Assembly: GCA_030704615.1 (NCBI GenBank) | Contig: CM060733.1 | Coordinates: 56,234,001 to 56,298,000 of the forward strand | Direction of reading: 5' to 3' | Source of the DNA: Takakia lepidozioides | Lineage: Eukaryota > Plantae > Bryophyta | Length of the DNA: 64,000 nucleotides | Part shown: positions 50,401 to 62,243 of the stretch, one piece after another | Position numbering within the stretch: position 1 is the stretch's first letter | Layout of the letters: every line of letters begins with the position of its first letter | Notes under the pieces: generated by a model | What the model was told of the DNA's origin: nothing | Database searches by the model: none | Seen by the model: the letters and a program-made list of their open reading frames with translations, nothing else | Translations under genes and position numbers: made by a program

Positions 50401-53400
50401 CATCCAGATACTCTTGAAAAGATTCACTTATCACTCTCTGAAAGGTCGCTGGTGCATTACAAAGCCCAAAGGGCATGACTTTGTATGCATAAGCCCCCCA
50501 GTCTGTGATGAAAGCTGTTTTCCCTTGGTCTTCTTCTGCCACTTGCACTTGATTATAACCACTGAAGCCATCCATGAATGAGTACATCTCATGGCCTGCC
50601 ACAGTGTCTAATACTGCTTCTGTGAATGGCAAAGGGAAAGGATCTTTCTTCGTACAAGCATTCAGCTTCTTATAGTTCACACATACTCTTAGTTTGCCAT
50701 TCTTCTTGGGAACTATAACAATGGGTGACAACCAAGTTGTATACTCTATTGGGTATATAAACTTAGCCTCAGCCAACTTCTTTATCTCTTCTCCAACCTT
50801 CTGTGCGTAGTTGGGATTCATTCTATACCTCGCCTGCTTGATTGGTACTGACCCTGGTTCCAGTTCAATTTTATGCTGACAGACTTCAGGTGGTATCCCT
50901 TTTAGATCCTCATAGCTCCAAGCAAATACATCTCTGTATTTGATGAACAAGCTTTTAGCTTCTTCGAAGAATTCCGGCTCCAAATCAGCTCCTACTTTCA
51001 CCATCCTCGGTTCCTCCTGAGTTCCCACATTTACTTCTCTCACCTGCTCATCAGCTGTGATTGTCCAACCAGTCACCACTTCATCCTTTAAGCTCACAGT
51101 GGCTGGTTCTTCTAGGATTTCTATCTCTCCCTCCTTTTCTTCATAGAAATGTGGTGGGTAACAGTTGGTTTCCTCTTCAATTGGTGTTGCTGTCACTACA
51201 CCACAGCAGATACCTCTCAAACAACTTAGGCTTTCCAGCCGCATCTCTGCAACCTGCTCCCATTCTGGGTGTGCAGCAAATAGGGTAGCTTCCTGCTCCT
51301 CATCCAGTCCTCCCTTCCAGTCATACTCTCTGACTCCTCGAGGTCTTCTTGTAGCAGGTAATCTACTAGATTTCTTTGTGGTAATTTGTATCTCGTGCAT
51401 CCCATTATGCACAGTTAGTAACTGAGAATTCCAGTCATGGAATACCCTTGCCTGTTTCAGCCACGGACGTCCCAATAATAAGGAGTAAGCCTCCATGACT
51501 TCATCCATTTTTAATACAGTTACTGTGATCATAAAGATCATTTTCTGTATCTGTATCTTAACTCCTCTTATTAATCCCAATGGCTGTACACTTCTTTGAT
51601 CTGCCATTGTTACTGTAAATGGGGCTGGTTTCATGTTACTTAGACCAAGCTTCTTCCTTAATTGGTCTGTCATGATATTTACTCCAGAACCACCATCTAT
51701 CAGTACATCAGTTAGTTCTGTGCTTCCAATTCTCAATTGGATTACTGGCATAGAATCATCAAAGTCCATGACTGGTTCTCGCCCTTCCGGCTTCACATTA
51801 TAACTGGTCACCTTGCTGTTCAGGTCTGTGTTTCCTGTCTCTTGGGCAATTCGATTGATTGCCTGATACAGCCTGTGCCTACAATAAGGTGCCACAGCTA
51901 ATAGCTGTCCAATGGTAATTTCTGCTTTGGTCTGACATATTACTTCAGCCAAAGTCTCTTCATTACTTTGCATGTCTGCATCTTCTTTTTTCCTTTCTTC
52001 CTCACTCCCCTCTTTTTCTCCATCCGAATCAGAGGAATCTGCCACAGGAATATCCGTACTCTTTTGCATTTCCCTTATAGTATCTGCCACTTCCTTGTGC
52101 AGTTCCTTCTCATCCTTCCAAGTCTCTTCATCTTCAGGCATATCATTGCCACTTCCAGTCTCATCTTCTTCCTCTTCTACTGGAGGTATTAGTTTGGCTT
52201 TACTTCTTGTTACTATCATTGTACTTACTTCTGGTACAACACATGGCCTAACCATGTGAGCTGCCACCACTGGGCCCTCATTCACAGGAGCTCTCATCTC
52301 ATTCTGGTGTCTTATCCAGAATGAACAGGCTGCCTTGCGATGTCCTGGCTGATTACAATAGTAACATAGCTCTTCACCATTGGGTCCTCGCCCTTGGTCT
52401 GGTCTTGGATTATTTCTATAATCCTGATTCCCGGGCTGGTAATTCCCCCTTGGATTACCCTGATAGTTGCCTCTGGAATTTCCTTGGTAATTCCCTCTTG
52501 AATTACCTCTCCCTTCCATGCCATTGTTATAACCACCAGACCTACCATAGTGGTCCTGATCATTGCTTCTTCTTGGCTGGGGCTGCACCTGATGCACCCT
52601 CACTTGCCTAGGTTCTCTTGCAGCTGTCCTTCTGTTGTAGTAACAATTCTCAGTAGAATGGTTATCCATTTTACAGATAGTACAGTGTTTCTCCTTCATG
52701 TGGCATTCTGTAGTGGTATGGCCTTCATTCTGGCACTTTGCACACCATACACCCTTCCTCCAATGTGTTGCAGCCTCTGTGGCATACTTCTTCAAGATTT
52801 CTTCCAATCTTTTCTCATAGTTATCCCTCTTCAACTTTTCCTTTCTCTTACTCTTTCTTTTTAGTTCTTGCTCTTCTTCTTCATCTGACTCATCTTCAGA
52901 GTCCTCATCTTCCTTTTTCTCTCTCCTGAGCATTCCCAATTGCTCAATTCTGTTTGCAGTTTCAAATGCCTCCTCCACTGTATTATGGGGTAACATATCC
53001 ACTTTCTTCTGCAACTCTGGTCTTAGTCCACTCACAAACCAAGTCTTCTGTAAACCGGGTGCTGGTACTGCAGCCAGCTTTTTCATCATCAATTCCATCT
53101 TCTCCATATACTCTTCAACAGTTTCATGCTTCTTCTGCTTCAGCTGTTGTAAACTTCCATACACTTCATCCTCAGTTTTACTTGTCCTGAACCTATTTCG
53201 AAATGCTGTATTCAAGCCATTCCAGGTTAGGAAATGATTATCAGGGAATCTTGCATACCATTCACTTGCTTTCTTGATAAGTGAACAAGGAAACAGTCTC
53301 ATCTTGGCATCATCGCCATTCTCATTGTTCACTATACACATGTGCTCAAATTGGCTAATGTGTACATCGGGATCCCCTTTTCCTGAATATATTGGAAAGG

Positions 53401-54261
53401 GTGGTTTTGCCCGTGTTGGTTGTAACGCCATCTGTGGCCCTACCTTCTGCCCACTGACAGGTGCTGGCACCCTTGCTGGTGCTGGTCCTTCTGGACCTGT
53501 TGTTTTTGTGGTGGATCTTCCACCAAGTGGTGGCCCTTGAGCACTCCCTGCTTCTGGCCCCACGATATTCACAGTATTCCCAGCTTCAGTTGCACTACTT
53601 CCCACACTCCCTGTCCCCCCAGAGCCAGATCCAGGCAGCCCGCCTGATCCCCCTGAGCCGACACCTTCGTTGGCCTGTGATCCAAGTGCTCCACTTGATC
53701 CAGGTCCAACGGGTTGGGATGTCCTGGTTGTAGTCTCAACCTCAGCTGTTGGGTCTACTTCTTCATATTCTTCCTCTTCCAATTTCTTCTCTCTGTTTTC
53801 ATCCTCCAAGTTCTGCCCTTGGGTTTCTTCTTCACTCATGTAACTCAACTGTAATGGTGTTGGAGAGTCTGAACTCTCCGTTGGCTCTGCCACATCCTCA
53901 TCTCCTTCTTCATCTTCTGCTTCAGAAACTGGAGTTCCTGCTTTTGGTGTTCCATGCCAACTCTTATCAAAGATTTCTGTCAAGTCTTTTATCCAAGGAT
54001 GTACCTCAGATCTTTCACCTCGTGATTGATCTTCTTCCTGTACCAATTCCCTTAATCTTTCTTGCAAAGAAACAGAAGGAGTGGCATCCAACTCTAGTTC
54101 TTCCGGTATAGGTGATGCACTTTTGATCTTGATGGTGTGAGAGGTCCAGATGATTCCCCTATGTCTATTCCTCTCTCCCAAAGATATGGATAATTAGCTT
54201 TCAGATAGCTTTCTCTTTTTGATGAATATCTTTGTCGTCTAGCTTCTCTTTCATCACTCAT
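47475..54261 (-). CDS. Element B gag-pol polyprotein (apparent 1-nt deletions near 54122 and 50289)
   Basis: Gag YSGKGDPDVH..F, three zinc knuckles, protease LIDGGSGVN, RT FMDGFSGYNQ and FLDD, RNase H HCDASG..NYSTTEREALA, integrase HKGVAGGH..CDECQ, GLDF, SDQG, NGQAEATNK, W.GPY. No chromodomain. Confidence 0.93.
47670..48122 (-). repeat. 30-bp (3 x 10-bp) tandem repeat, in frame at the integrase C-terminus (RDTAYHSPAR)n
   Basis: ggctgtgata ggctgtgtca cgccgtgatg units, translated within the 950-aa ORF. Confidence 0.95.
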
Positions 54262-54282
54262 GTCCCATGTCTTTCATTTCTT

Positions 54283-54978
54283 TTAATGTGGCAATAACCA
54301 AAACTCTCTTCTGTAATATCTCTCGTATATGCCTGGATTTCTTTCAAGCTTCAATGCACCCTTGGCTATACTTGAAGTCTCCGTTACCATATAACCATAT
54401 GGCAAACAAGTCTGAAAAGCTGTTCTTGGTGTGAGTTTGATCCACAAAATATCCTTTGGAATCCAATTCTTTACCAGTACAAGCTCTTCATGCATATGAG
54501 TATAAACATTCACCTTTCTTTCTTCCCAGCCTTCAAACTCTACTCGTTTAATGGATAGCAACGCTATCACATAAACTAATGTTGGTAACCAACGTGCTCT
54601 TCCTCTACAGGCTACCTGATAAATCTTTATCACTCCTTTCTCCAGACCCCATTCTGGATCAGCATCATGCACTCGTTTAAGAATATTTTCTTTACATCCG
54701 TCTGGCAATTCCAAGAACCTTTGAAAGAATTGTTTGGACAATCTTTCTTCCTTCGTTCCACAGGGAATTTGATTCACTTCAAACTCTTTAATGGTCCAAC
54801 CACCATGATCCCACCAGATGCCTGTCACATCTGGTTGTTCATGTCCCAGGTCCCCAGTATGGTCGCCAAATGTCGCGCGGCTTTTACTCACCCATCCCTT
54901 CGCTATCCGAGGCGGAAACTCCAAGATAGAAGAGTTGGAAATCTCTAAGTACTCAGCCCGCGCAGAACAATCAGTCAT
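54283..54978 (-). CDS. Element B 5' extra ORF (231 aa), starting inside the LTR and reading through the PBS
   Basis: Open from the ATG at 54978 in the LTR 3' part to TAA at 54283, ending 22 nt before the probable gag ATG. The ATG and frame are retained in the diverged B' LTR. Confidence 0.55.
   Translation of the reverse strand: MTDCSARAEYLEISNSSILEFPPRIAKGWVSKSRATFGDHTGDLGHEQPDVTGIWWDHGGWTIKEFEVNQIPCGTKEERLSKQFFQRFLELPDGCKENILKRVHDADPEWGLEKGVIKIYQVACRGRARWLPTLVYVIALLSIKRVEFEGWEERKVNVYTHMHEELVLVKNWIPKDILWIKLTPRTAFQTCLPYGYMVTETSSIAKGALKLERNPGIYERYYRREFWLLPH
54853..54868 (-). other. Primer-binding site of element B (tRNA-Arg-like)
   Basis: TGGCGACCATACTGGG lies 2 nt inside the 5' LTR boundary. 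Confidence 0.75.
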
Positions 54979-55853
54979 GACCTACAGCTAGTGTATCATG
55001 GGGGTGTTTCCTATTTGTTTCCTTTTCCGCATTCATCTTTGCTACCTTACCATTGATAATTAAGTATCAGTTTGCTTCATCAATTTATCGGTTTCCTTAA
55101 CTCCTCCATTCAATCCACAGCTTCACTCAGATCTCTCTACACAGTGTGATTGTATCGTATAAGTATCAGATTATGATTTATCAGGTATCAGGCCGAATCC
55201 ATTATGTCTCTAATCTACTCTACAATATCACTCTAGCTTTGCATATGACAAGCTTCTACTAATCCTCTTTTCTCCTTCATCGTGCTCTCCGATCTCCGCT
55301 CCCGCCTGTCTCCGAAGTCCTCCCCGAATAATCCCCCCTTCCTATTCCCCGTTCTTCCCTTTATCCTCCTATCCGCGGTTCTAACCGTTTCCCTCTCTAA
55401 CCGTCGTATGTGAACTAACATGTTCCCTTCACTGGTGTTGTTCCCCACAGTCGTTCCCTGTCCTACTCTTCGTTCCCTATTATCGTGACAGCTGTGTCAA
55501 GCGGTGACTGGCTGTGTTTGGGCTGTGTCGGGCTGTGACTGGCTGTGTGGGCTGTGTCTGCTGTGACGACTGTGACGGGCTGTGTGGGTTGTGTGGGCTG
55601 TGACGACTGTGACGGGCTGTGTTGGCTGTGTGGGCTGTGACGGCTGTGTGGGCTGTGTGGGCTGTGACGACTGTGACGGGCTGTGTTGGCTGTGTGGGCT
55701 GTGACTGCTGTGTCGGCTGTGTGGGCTATGTAACCCCCTTCTACAGTGCGCTGCTGTCACCCCTAAGGTTCCTGTTTGTCTCAGTCTGTGCAAAATTTAA
55801 GGGTACCCTACAGATCCCGTATAAGTGTCTAAGTCCCCTACAGTCCTCTAACA
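54871..55853 (-). repeat. 5' LTR of element B (983 bp)
   Basis: TG...CA, adjacent to the PBS and the TSD GTCAC. Confidence 0.97.
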
Positions 55854-55858
55854 GTCAC

Positions 55859-56875
55859 CCGAGTCATGTTCAATTGCCGGGGCTTCGTGCACTTCTTGGC
55901 CATGTGCCCGGGCTCCCCGCAATTGAAACACACTCTATCAAAGGTCGCCTTCTGTCCGCCATAAGCCGCTCCACCCGCTTTTCCTTTCGAAGCACCGGGT
56001 GCCGTCTTGACTTGTGAAGGCCCTCCCTTCGATTTCCACGTGCCATTGTCGCCGCATGGCCTATCCCACTTCTTTTCCGGTCGGAAGGAGTCACCTTCCC
56101 GCCGGGTCTTCTTGTGGTTCAACTCCGTACGGCCTTTTCTTTCACCCTTAGGGACATCCGAGAAACATTCAGCCCTCTCAATTGCCTCGTTCAAAGTCTT
56201 AGGTGGCTTCTCCTCCAACTTCCACCTGGCCCATGGGGCCAGTCTCGCCACAAAGTTGAAGACCATTTTTGGTTCTGCCATATCCGCGACTTCGAGCAAC
56301 AGCACATTGAAAGCCTGGACATATCCCCGAATGTCATCTGTTTGCTTCAAATTCCTCATCTTGTCTCGGGCGAGCCAGGACGTGTTGAGGGGCACAAACT
56401 GCCTCTTCATCAATTCCTTGAACCCACTCCAGATCAAGGTTTCCGGGCTTCGACCTCGGTCGTGAAGGTGTTTCTGCCACCATTGTTGAGCATAGCCCCT
56501 CAAATAGGTAGGAGCCACTTCCACCCGATCCTCGTCACTCAACTTGGCCGCCCAGAAGTACTGCTCCAGCTCCAAGAGCCAGGTGTTGAGTGCCTTCCGA
56601 TTTCGGACGCCCTCGAAGGTGCCGGGTTCCTTCAGCTTCACCTTAAACTTTGCCTTAGTGGAAGTGGCATTAGCCGCCTTCAACACGTCTTTCAACGTCC
56701 CGCCAAATTGCGCCAACAACCCTTCCCAAAAGACTGCCGGCATGGGAGGCATCTGTTGGTCGATCGGAGCTCTCAGAGATTCCTCAGGCTCCGACTCCTC
56801 AGACTCCTCCCGCTCTTGAGCGGCCTCGTTTTCGGAAACATGCATCGCTTCCTCAAACGGCCGCCTCGGTGACAC
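55859..56875 (-). CDS. Element A gag, cut at its 3' end by the element B insertion
   Basis: EPGTFEG.R....WL..LEQYF; YLRGYAQQWW; LKQTDDIRGYVQAF; CFNCGEPGHMAKKC zinc knuckle. Confidence 0.9.
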
Positions 56876-56990
56876 GTCGCTCCCATCGGGCTCACCAGGA
56901 TCATCATCTTTGGGCCGTTCCGCTTTCGCTTTGGCTTGCCCGACCCCATGATGAGGCCAATCCCAAGGACGATCGCGTACTGAACTCTAA

Positions 56991-57002
56991 GCTCTGATAC
57001 CA
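56991..57002 (-). other. Primer-binding site of element A (tRNA-iMet)
   Basis: Reverse complement TGGTATCAGAGC next to the 5' LTR. Confidence 0.9.
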
Positions 57003-57004
57003 AG

Positions 57005-57720
57005 TGTCGCGCACCTCACTTCGGTAAGCTCCCCCCTCAAGTCATAGATACTCGCTTGATGCGCGCGCCTAACTCCCAATCTGGCCGCCGGGCCAACTTG
57101 GAGCTTCGGCTGCTCACCGGGACATAACGGTCCCCCCCCTGATCTCCCAAAGAACCCTCAAACGATTTGGAACCAACGGAATTCCCCTTGGTAGTTGGCA
57201 ATCCGGAATAGCTCCCCACTCTTTGGTACCGGCTCGCTCGCTTACTCACTAGTTTTTGGTCACCAACGGGCTTGCACCGTTCCGGGGTTACTACTCCCTA
57301 TATATACTTCTGTAGCTGTCCGCGGGGGTTTCACAAACAACCATGCCATTTATGGCGAACCACCACGAACACCCTCGACTCCCGGTGATGAGTCGCGGTG
57401 AGTCTTGGCCCACCCACCCACCCTATGGACCGTGATGAGTCCCAAGACTCCCCACGACTCCCACCACGAGGTCTCCGCCCCAGGGTGAGTCCTTTGCCAC
57501 CCCCACTAAGTCCCGCTAAGCTACCACCACCCCTTGTGGAGCCACCCCCACCGCAACCCGGTGTGCGGGGCTCCACCTAGTGAGCGCCTCCGCCTCCTGG
57601 AGTGCCTTGGGCACAAAAGGGTGCTTCAGCCCCCCATACCTATCGCTGCCACTGCCCCCACCACAGGGGCAGCCCCTCTTGTGTCCCGACCCCTTGCCCT
57701 CAAGGCAAAGGGCCGCGACA
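57005..57720 (-). repeat. 5' LTR of element A
   Basis: Direct repeat of 37311-38036, followed by the TSD GTTAA. Confidence 0.95.
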
Positions 57721-59574
57721 GTTAAGCCATGAGTACGTGTGAGTATATGGTCGAGGTGGGTGATCAGTGTATATGGTATGGGGGGGGGGGGGGCGGATGT
57801 GTGTTGGACATGTAGGAGTAGAGTGAGAGTGAGTTCAATATGCTGAAGATATTTAGGGAAGGATGGGTTGTGAACATGTGCGAGTTGGTCTGGTTCAATG
57901 GAGGATAGAAGTGTGGTGCCTAGTGGGAGTTGTAGCAAAAGATGGGGGTTGTCTGGTGACCGCTGGTGGGTGAGTATGACAATAGTAACAGCAGTCAGGG
58001 AAGCGTGGGCTGCAAAGCAAGCCCATTGAAGGGCTTCCTGGGCGAGGAGCTCTGTGGGAGGGTGGGCCAGTCCTCTGCCAGACCATGTGCGCTGGGTGGC
58101 AGATCCAGTGGCCCCAAAGATGCAGTCTCTGGGGTAGGTACTAGAGAATGTTTGGAGGTTCATATGGCAGGTAAGCGGGCTAGACTAATATGAATGGGTG
58201 AGTTGGAAAGAGGTGGTGAGGAAGGTGAGGATATCCGAGGGAATAGCGCTGTGGGCGTATGCTTGGGAGAGGTTGGCTTGAGAGCGTGCCTTTTTGGGGG
58301 GGGTGTCACACGGGTATCGATCCAAGAGCCAACATATTTCGGTAGCAAAATCTTGGCGGGGTGGGTGGAGTTGAGTAGTGGCGGGAGTGTGAGTGGATTA
58401 CTGGGCCCATAGCCAAGCACCCATATCGTTGGGAATGAGGCCAAGGAAACGACCGTTGATAGTATAAATAGTAGACATAAGGGACTGTGCAGATAGTGGG
58501 GGTGGCATGGAGAATGTCTTTGTCGGGGTTGCATTCAATAATGACAATTTGAACGTTGGTGGCAGGCACCGGGGGAGACACATGTCGGTTGTCTTTGTTT
58601 TGGGTTTGGATTACATGCTGTTGGTGGGTGTGTGTAAGGTAGTTGGTGTTGATACGTTTATGAAAGACAATAAGAAGGGCTAGGTTATGGTCAGGGTCAC
58701 AGTCATCGTGTGAGCCAAAAAGGTCGTCCTCAATTTGCCATGTGTCTCTGTATGTGAAAGCCAGCCCATTTGTATAGGTAATATGTGTCCATACAAGTAG
58801 CACCAAAAGTCTGTGGAAGTCTTGGTTTTAATACCAAGGATCGCGGGTTCGATGACGAAGGCGTTAGGATTATTGGGGTTAGTGAGTATGGGGGAGGATG
58901 GTAGGGTAGAGTAGTGGGAGTATGGTGTGTTGGAGAGTCGGGAGTGTCTGGTTCGTGGTAGCTTGTAGTGTGAGAAGCTCTAAGCTTATGGAGTATAGAG
59001 GGAGCAGGGGGGGGCTGATCTATACTTAGGAAGCAAATCTTGTGGACTGTGGGGCAATAGCCGGCAAGGTAGATCACAGTCCAAGGTACATGAGGCAGAG
59101 GGGTGGCAAAATAAGGTACGAAGGTGGGAGAGAAACCAACAGGTCTTAATTGTGGCTCTGGAGTATTTCAAGGTGAATTCACTAGGGGTGATGAGCCGAG
59201 TACCAGTGGCAGTGGTGAGTTGGGTGAGGTTAATAATGTGACGTGCCTTAAAGTAAGCGAGGATGGGAGTCTTTTGTCGGGGGTGGACAACCTCAAATTG
59301 GGAGAGAAATGGGCTTGAAACCCAGACCATTTCTAGTGGGGGTACCGTATCCGGGTAGACTGATAAGTCGGTTTGTAGGCTGATCTACGCATTTGTCGTA
59401 AAATGAGCAATGATCGAGCGGTTGGGGAATGGCGGCATGATAGTGGGTGAAGAGTTGGGAGGGAATTGAGACCATTAAATTTGGAGGCTAGGTGTTTGAT
59501 GAGACCCCGGTAGATAAGTCCCAGACGCCCAGGGTCATTAAGAGCCTCGAGTAGTTGAGTATCCAAAGTGCGGG
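57721..59574 (-). mobile_element. Decayed LINE ORF fragment (post-RT region leading to RNase H), Dualen/RandI-like
   Basis: Broken His/Pro/Thr-rich ORFs (QLLEALNDPGRLG; IECNPDKDI; DLFGS; CIFGATGSA..W.G.GLAHPP) with the same strong strand bias as 36813-37310. Confidence 0.6.
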
Positions 59575-62243
59575 TGACGAGCCTTGTCGCGCGCGCAATC
59601 TTGAAGGGGGGAAAGACGACGTCAATCCGGGGCCTGGAATCCGGCGACGAGATGGGTTGGGCTCAAGAACCGCCCACTTGTGAGATGTGTCGCTAAGCTT
59701 GGCGGAGGGTCAGCGGTCGATGGAGGGAACTCCTCCCGCTATTCTAAACTACTAGCCAGCACAGGGTCCAACTCTTATGCTCGCAGGGCAAAATTCGTTT
59801 GTGCGACCTACGTAATCTACTCCTATTTAATTGTCTTCCTAGGCTTCTTTATTAGCGTTAACATGGCTTCACCCCGGAGCTATCGGTCTCCTCGGAAGGT
59901 CCTCTCAGTTTGGAGTGACTACTTCCAGAAAACTCTGCCAAGCGTTAAGGGCAAGCCGCTTAGGTCTGGGTTGCTTCACCAACACGCTCCCCCTGATCGC
60001 ACGTGTGTGTAAAGGGGACGCCTACGTTCCCGCTATCTGGAGGGGAGAGCACACCCTAGCCTAGAAAAAAAACTCTTTGCCGGACCATATCCCAATTTTC
60101 CGCTAATTTCTAGGGCTCCGCGCTCATTTCTAGAAATAAAGTTCAACAAAGGAAATGGGAAACATACTAGCTTTTATAATTAGGAAATAAAAATAAAAAA
60201 CCTAGATTTAATTATCTCTATTCCTATTTTCTGGTAATTTTCTAAGCAGAAAACCCCTTTCCAATTACTAAGGCTGGAATTTCACTAATTCTAGAGAAAA
60301 TAGGCATTAGGTAGGAATCTCTCTAAGCTTTCCAATGACCCACGACTTGGCCTCTAGATAATTCTCTAACCCCTTCTCATTGCCCAAAAACCCTTATTAT
60401 GGCGAGGAAACCATAGGGAATTGGCCCTATAGGTCCAAACCAGTGTTGGTATGGTATCTGGGTTTCGCCAGGTATCAACCCGGGCATCAACTTGGGTCTC
60501 TCCTAACCTAACCTATTGTTCTTTGTTCCCGTAAACATTTGTAGTACCCTACTAGAAGGTTCTCAAGTTCCCTTGCGGCCCCCCAAACCCTAACAGGCGT
60601 TGGTTAGGGTTCTCCTTTGCCCGCCCCTACCAGAGCTCAACTCGTCGCTGCATGTCTGTTCAGGTATCATGTTAATATGCACATACAGACATTACATAGG
60701 CATATACTAGCTGTTTTGATTATAACAATGACACTTTGATCTTCACTTGCGAGACACTATGGATACAATTCTGATTCAGTGTATAATTGTATGCGGGTTG
60801 GTATCCTATTTCCCTTGTGGTTTTCTTGATTGAAATGGCCATTTGAATAGTTCAGATGGTCATTTCAATATTGAATTTGAATTTGAATACTAGTACCTTT
60901 TTTATTTTTTTAATACCATATCCGAGTTCATATTTCCAGGTTATTGACATGCAGATACCATTGCTCATATCCGGATTGATTTTTTCTTAAAACCACTCTA
61001 TGCATACCAGATTCATACTTGAAAAATCAGGGGCTGCATTACCTGCCTTAAGAAAATTCCAGCACTGCATACCATGACCCTTATGGTATTTCCAATTCAA
61101 GATACCAGACCAACACAACCCCCTAGGCCCTTAATACATAGCCCCTAGCCTCTAGGTCCTAGGTTCAAACCCCAACCCCCCCCCCCCCCCCCCTCCCCCC
61201 CCAACTGCATTTTCATCCCCTAAGTCGTCCATTGCAAATGGATGAAAATTTGATTTTTCATCCTAAGTTCATCCATTGTTCATTCCAACTTCATCCAGCC
61301 CGTGGATTAAAAACTACATCCAATGGTCATCCATCCACCATTCCATTCCTCATTCCACAAAACATGCTTCCTACCCTTGAATAAAATATATTGGTGGGTC
61401 CGCTGTTGGTTCCTCCACCTTCCTAAAGTGCAAGTTAAGGCTAGGTGCAACCGGACATGACTCCCTCTCCCAACTCAAACCCCCTTCTATCCTTACCAAA
61501 AGCTTTGTACTTCTCGTTCGCTTTTTGTGAGCAAGGTGTCTCGGTGTGAGCCAAACGGCCGATTTCCGATCTGAACCTATGACATACCAAAACGAAGGCC
61601 TGGGGGCCCTCATTCCTCCATTCTAATTTCCAACCCAGCCACCAAGAGGACAACATATCAATACTCCCTCACTCAACCAAGGCCAAAACCATTCAAAAGG
61701 TATTTTTCCCCTTAAGACCCCCCTTAAATTCATTACCTGCTGGTCCGTCCTAATTCTTTTACCCGCTAGTAGACCCGTGCAGAGTCACGTGGCGAGGCGT
61801 ATTACGCTGAGGCGACGGACCGCTGGTCCAACCGGGAGTTAATTAAGGCCCAAGCCTACCCCCCCTGCTGCGTGGCTGCTGTCGAGCAGCTTGGGGCTGG
61901 GGGTGGTCAACGCCTCGGGGCCTGCAGCCCACTCCCCATCATGTACCCTCCTTTGGCTATAGCCATGTGCCCCTTTAATGGCGCCTCACTTTTGGGAGCC
62001 CATCATGGCTCCATGGCCCTTGTTGCCTTCACCTAAAACCAGAATAAAATCCAAATGCTAACCCCAATTGGGTTAGCTTGCCTTCCCCCAAGGTTAGCTA
62101 TGGTCCTCCATAGCTTAACCAAGCTAGGGAGGCCATTTTAGATCAGATTTTTGATCTGTAAATTAGTTATGCATGAAAAATAAAATTCCAGCGACAAAAT
62201 ATGCTTGAAAAAACACAAAAAACTTTCCTAGATCTTCTACCTT
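59575..62243. mobile_element. Unclassified long LTR-like repeat (family C), copy 2
   Basis: Begins TGACGAGCC abruptly within the LINE; colinear with 27638-29212 apart from two extra segments. Confidence 0.75.
60441..61116. mobile_element. MITE / non-autonomous TIR element (hAT-like CAGTGTT start) inserted in family C copy 2
   Basis: gtgttggtatggtatct ... agataccagaccaacac form a 17-bp inverted repeat with one mismatch. The segment is absent from copy 1 (ccaaac|aacccc) and has an AT-rich interior. Confidence 0.75.

Larger units (their letters stand above)
42410..55853 (-). mobile_element. Very young non-chromovirus Ty3/gypsy (element B; Phygy/Athila-like RT) with 5' and 3' extra ORFs
   Basis: LTRs 42410-43391 and 54871-55853 are nearly identical; TSD GTCAC; PBS TGGCGACCATACTGGGGA (tRNA-Arg-like); PPT gaagggggaagggg. 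Confidence 0.97.
37311..57720 (-). mobile_element. Ty3/gypsy chromovirus, Galadriel-like (element A), full length, interrupted by element B
   Basis: LTRs 37311-38036 and 57005-57720 (TG..CA); TSD GTTAA on both sides; PBS TGGTATCAGAGC (tRNA-iMet); order gag, PR, RT, RH, INT, chromodomain. Confidence 0.95.
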
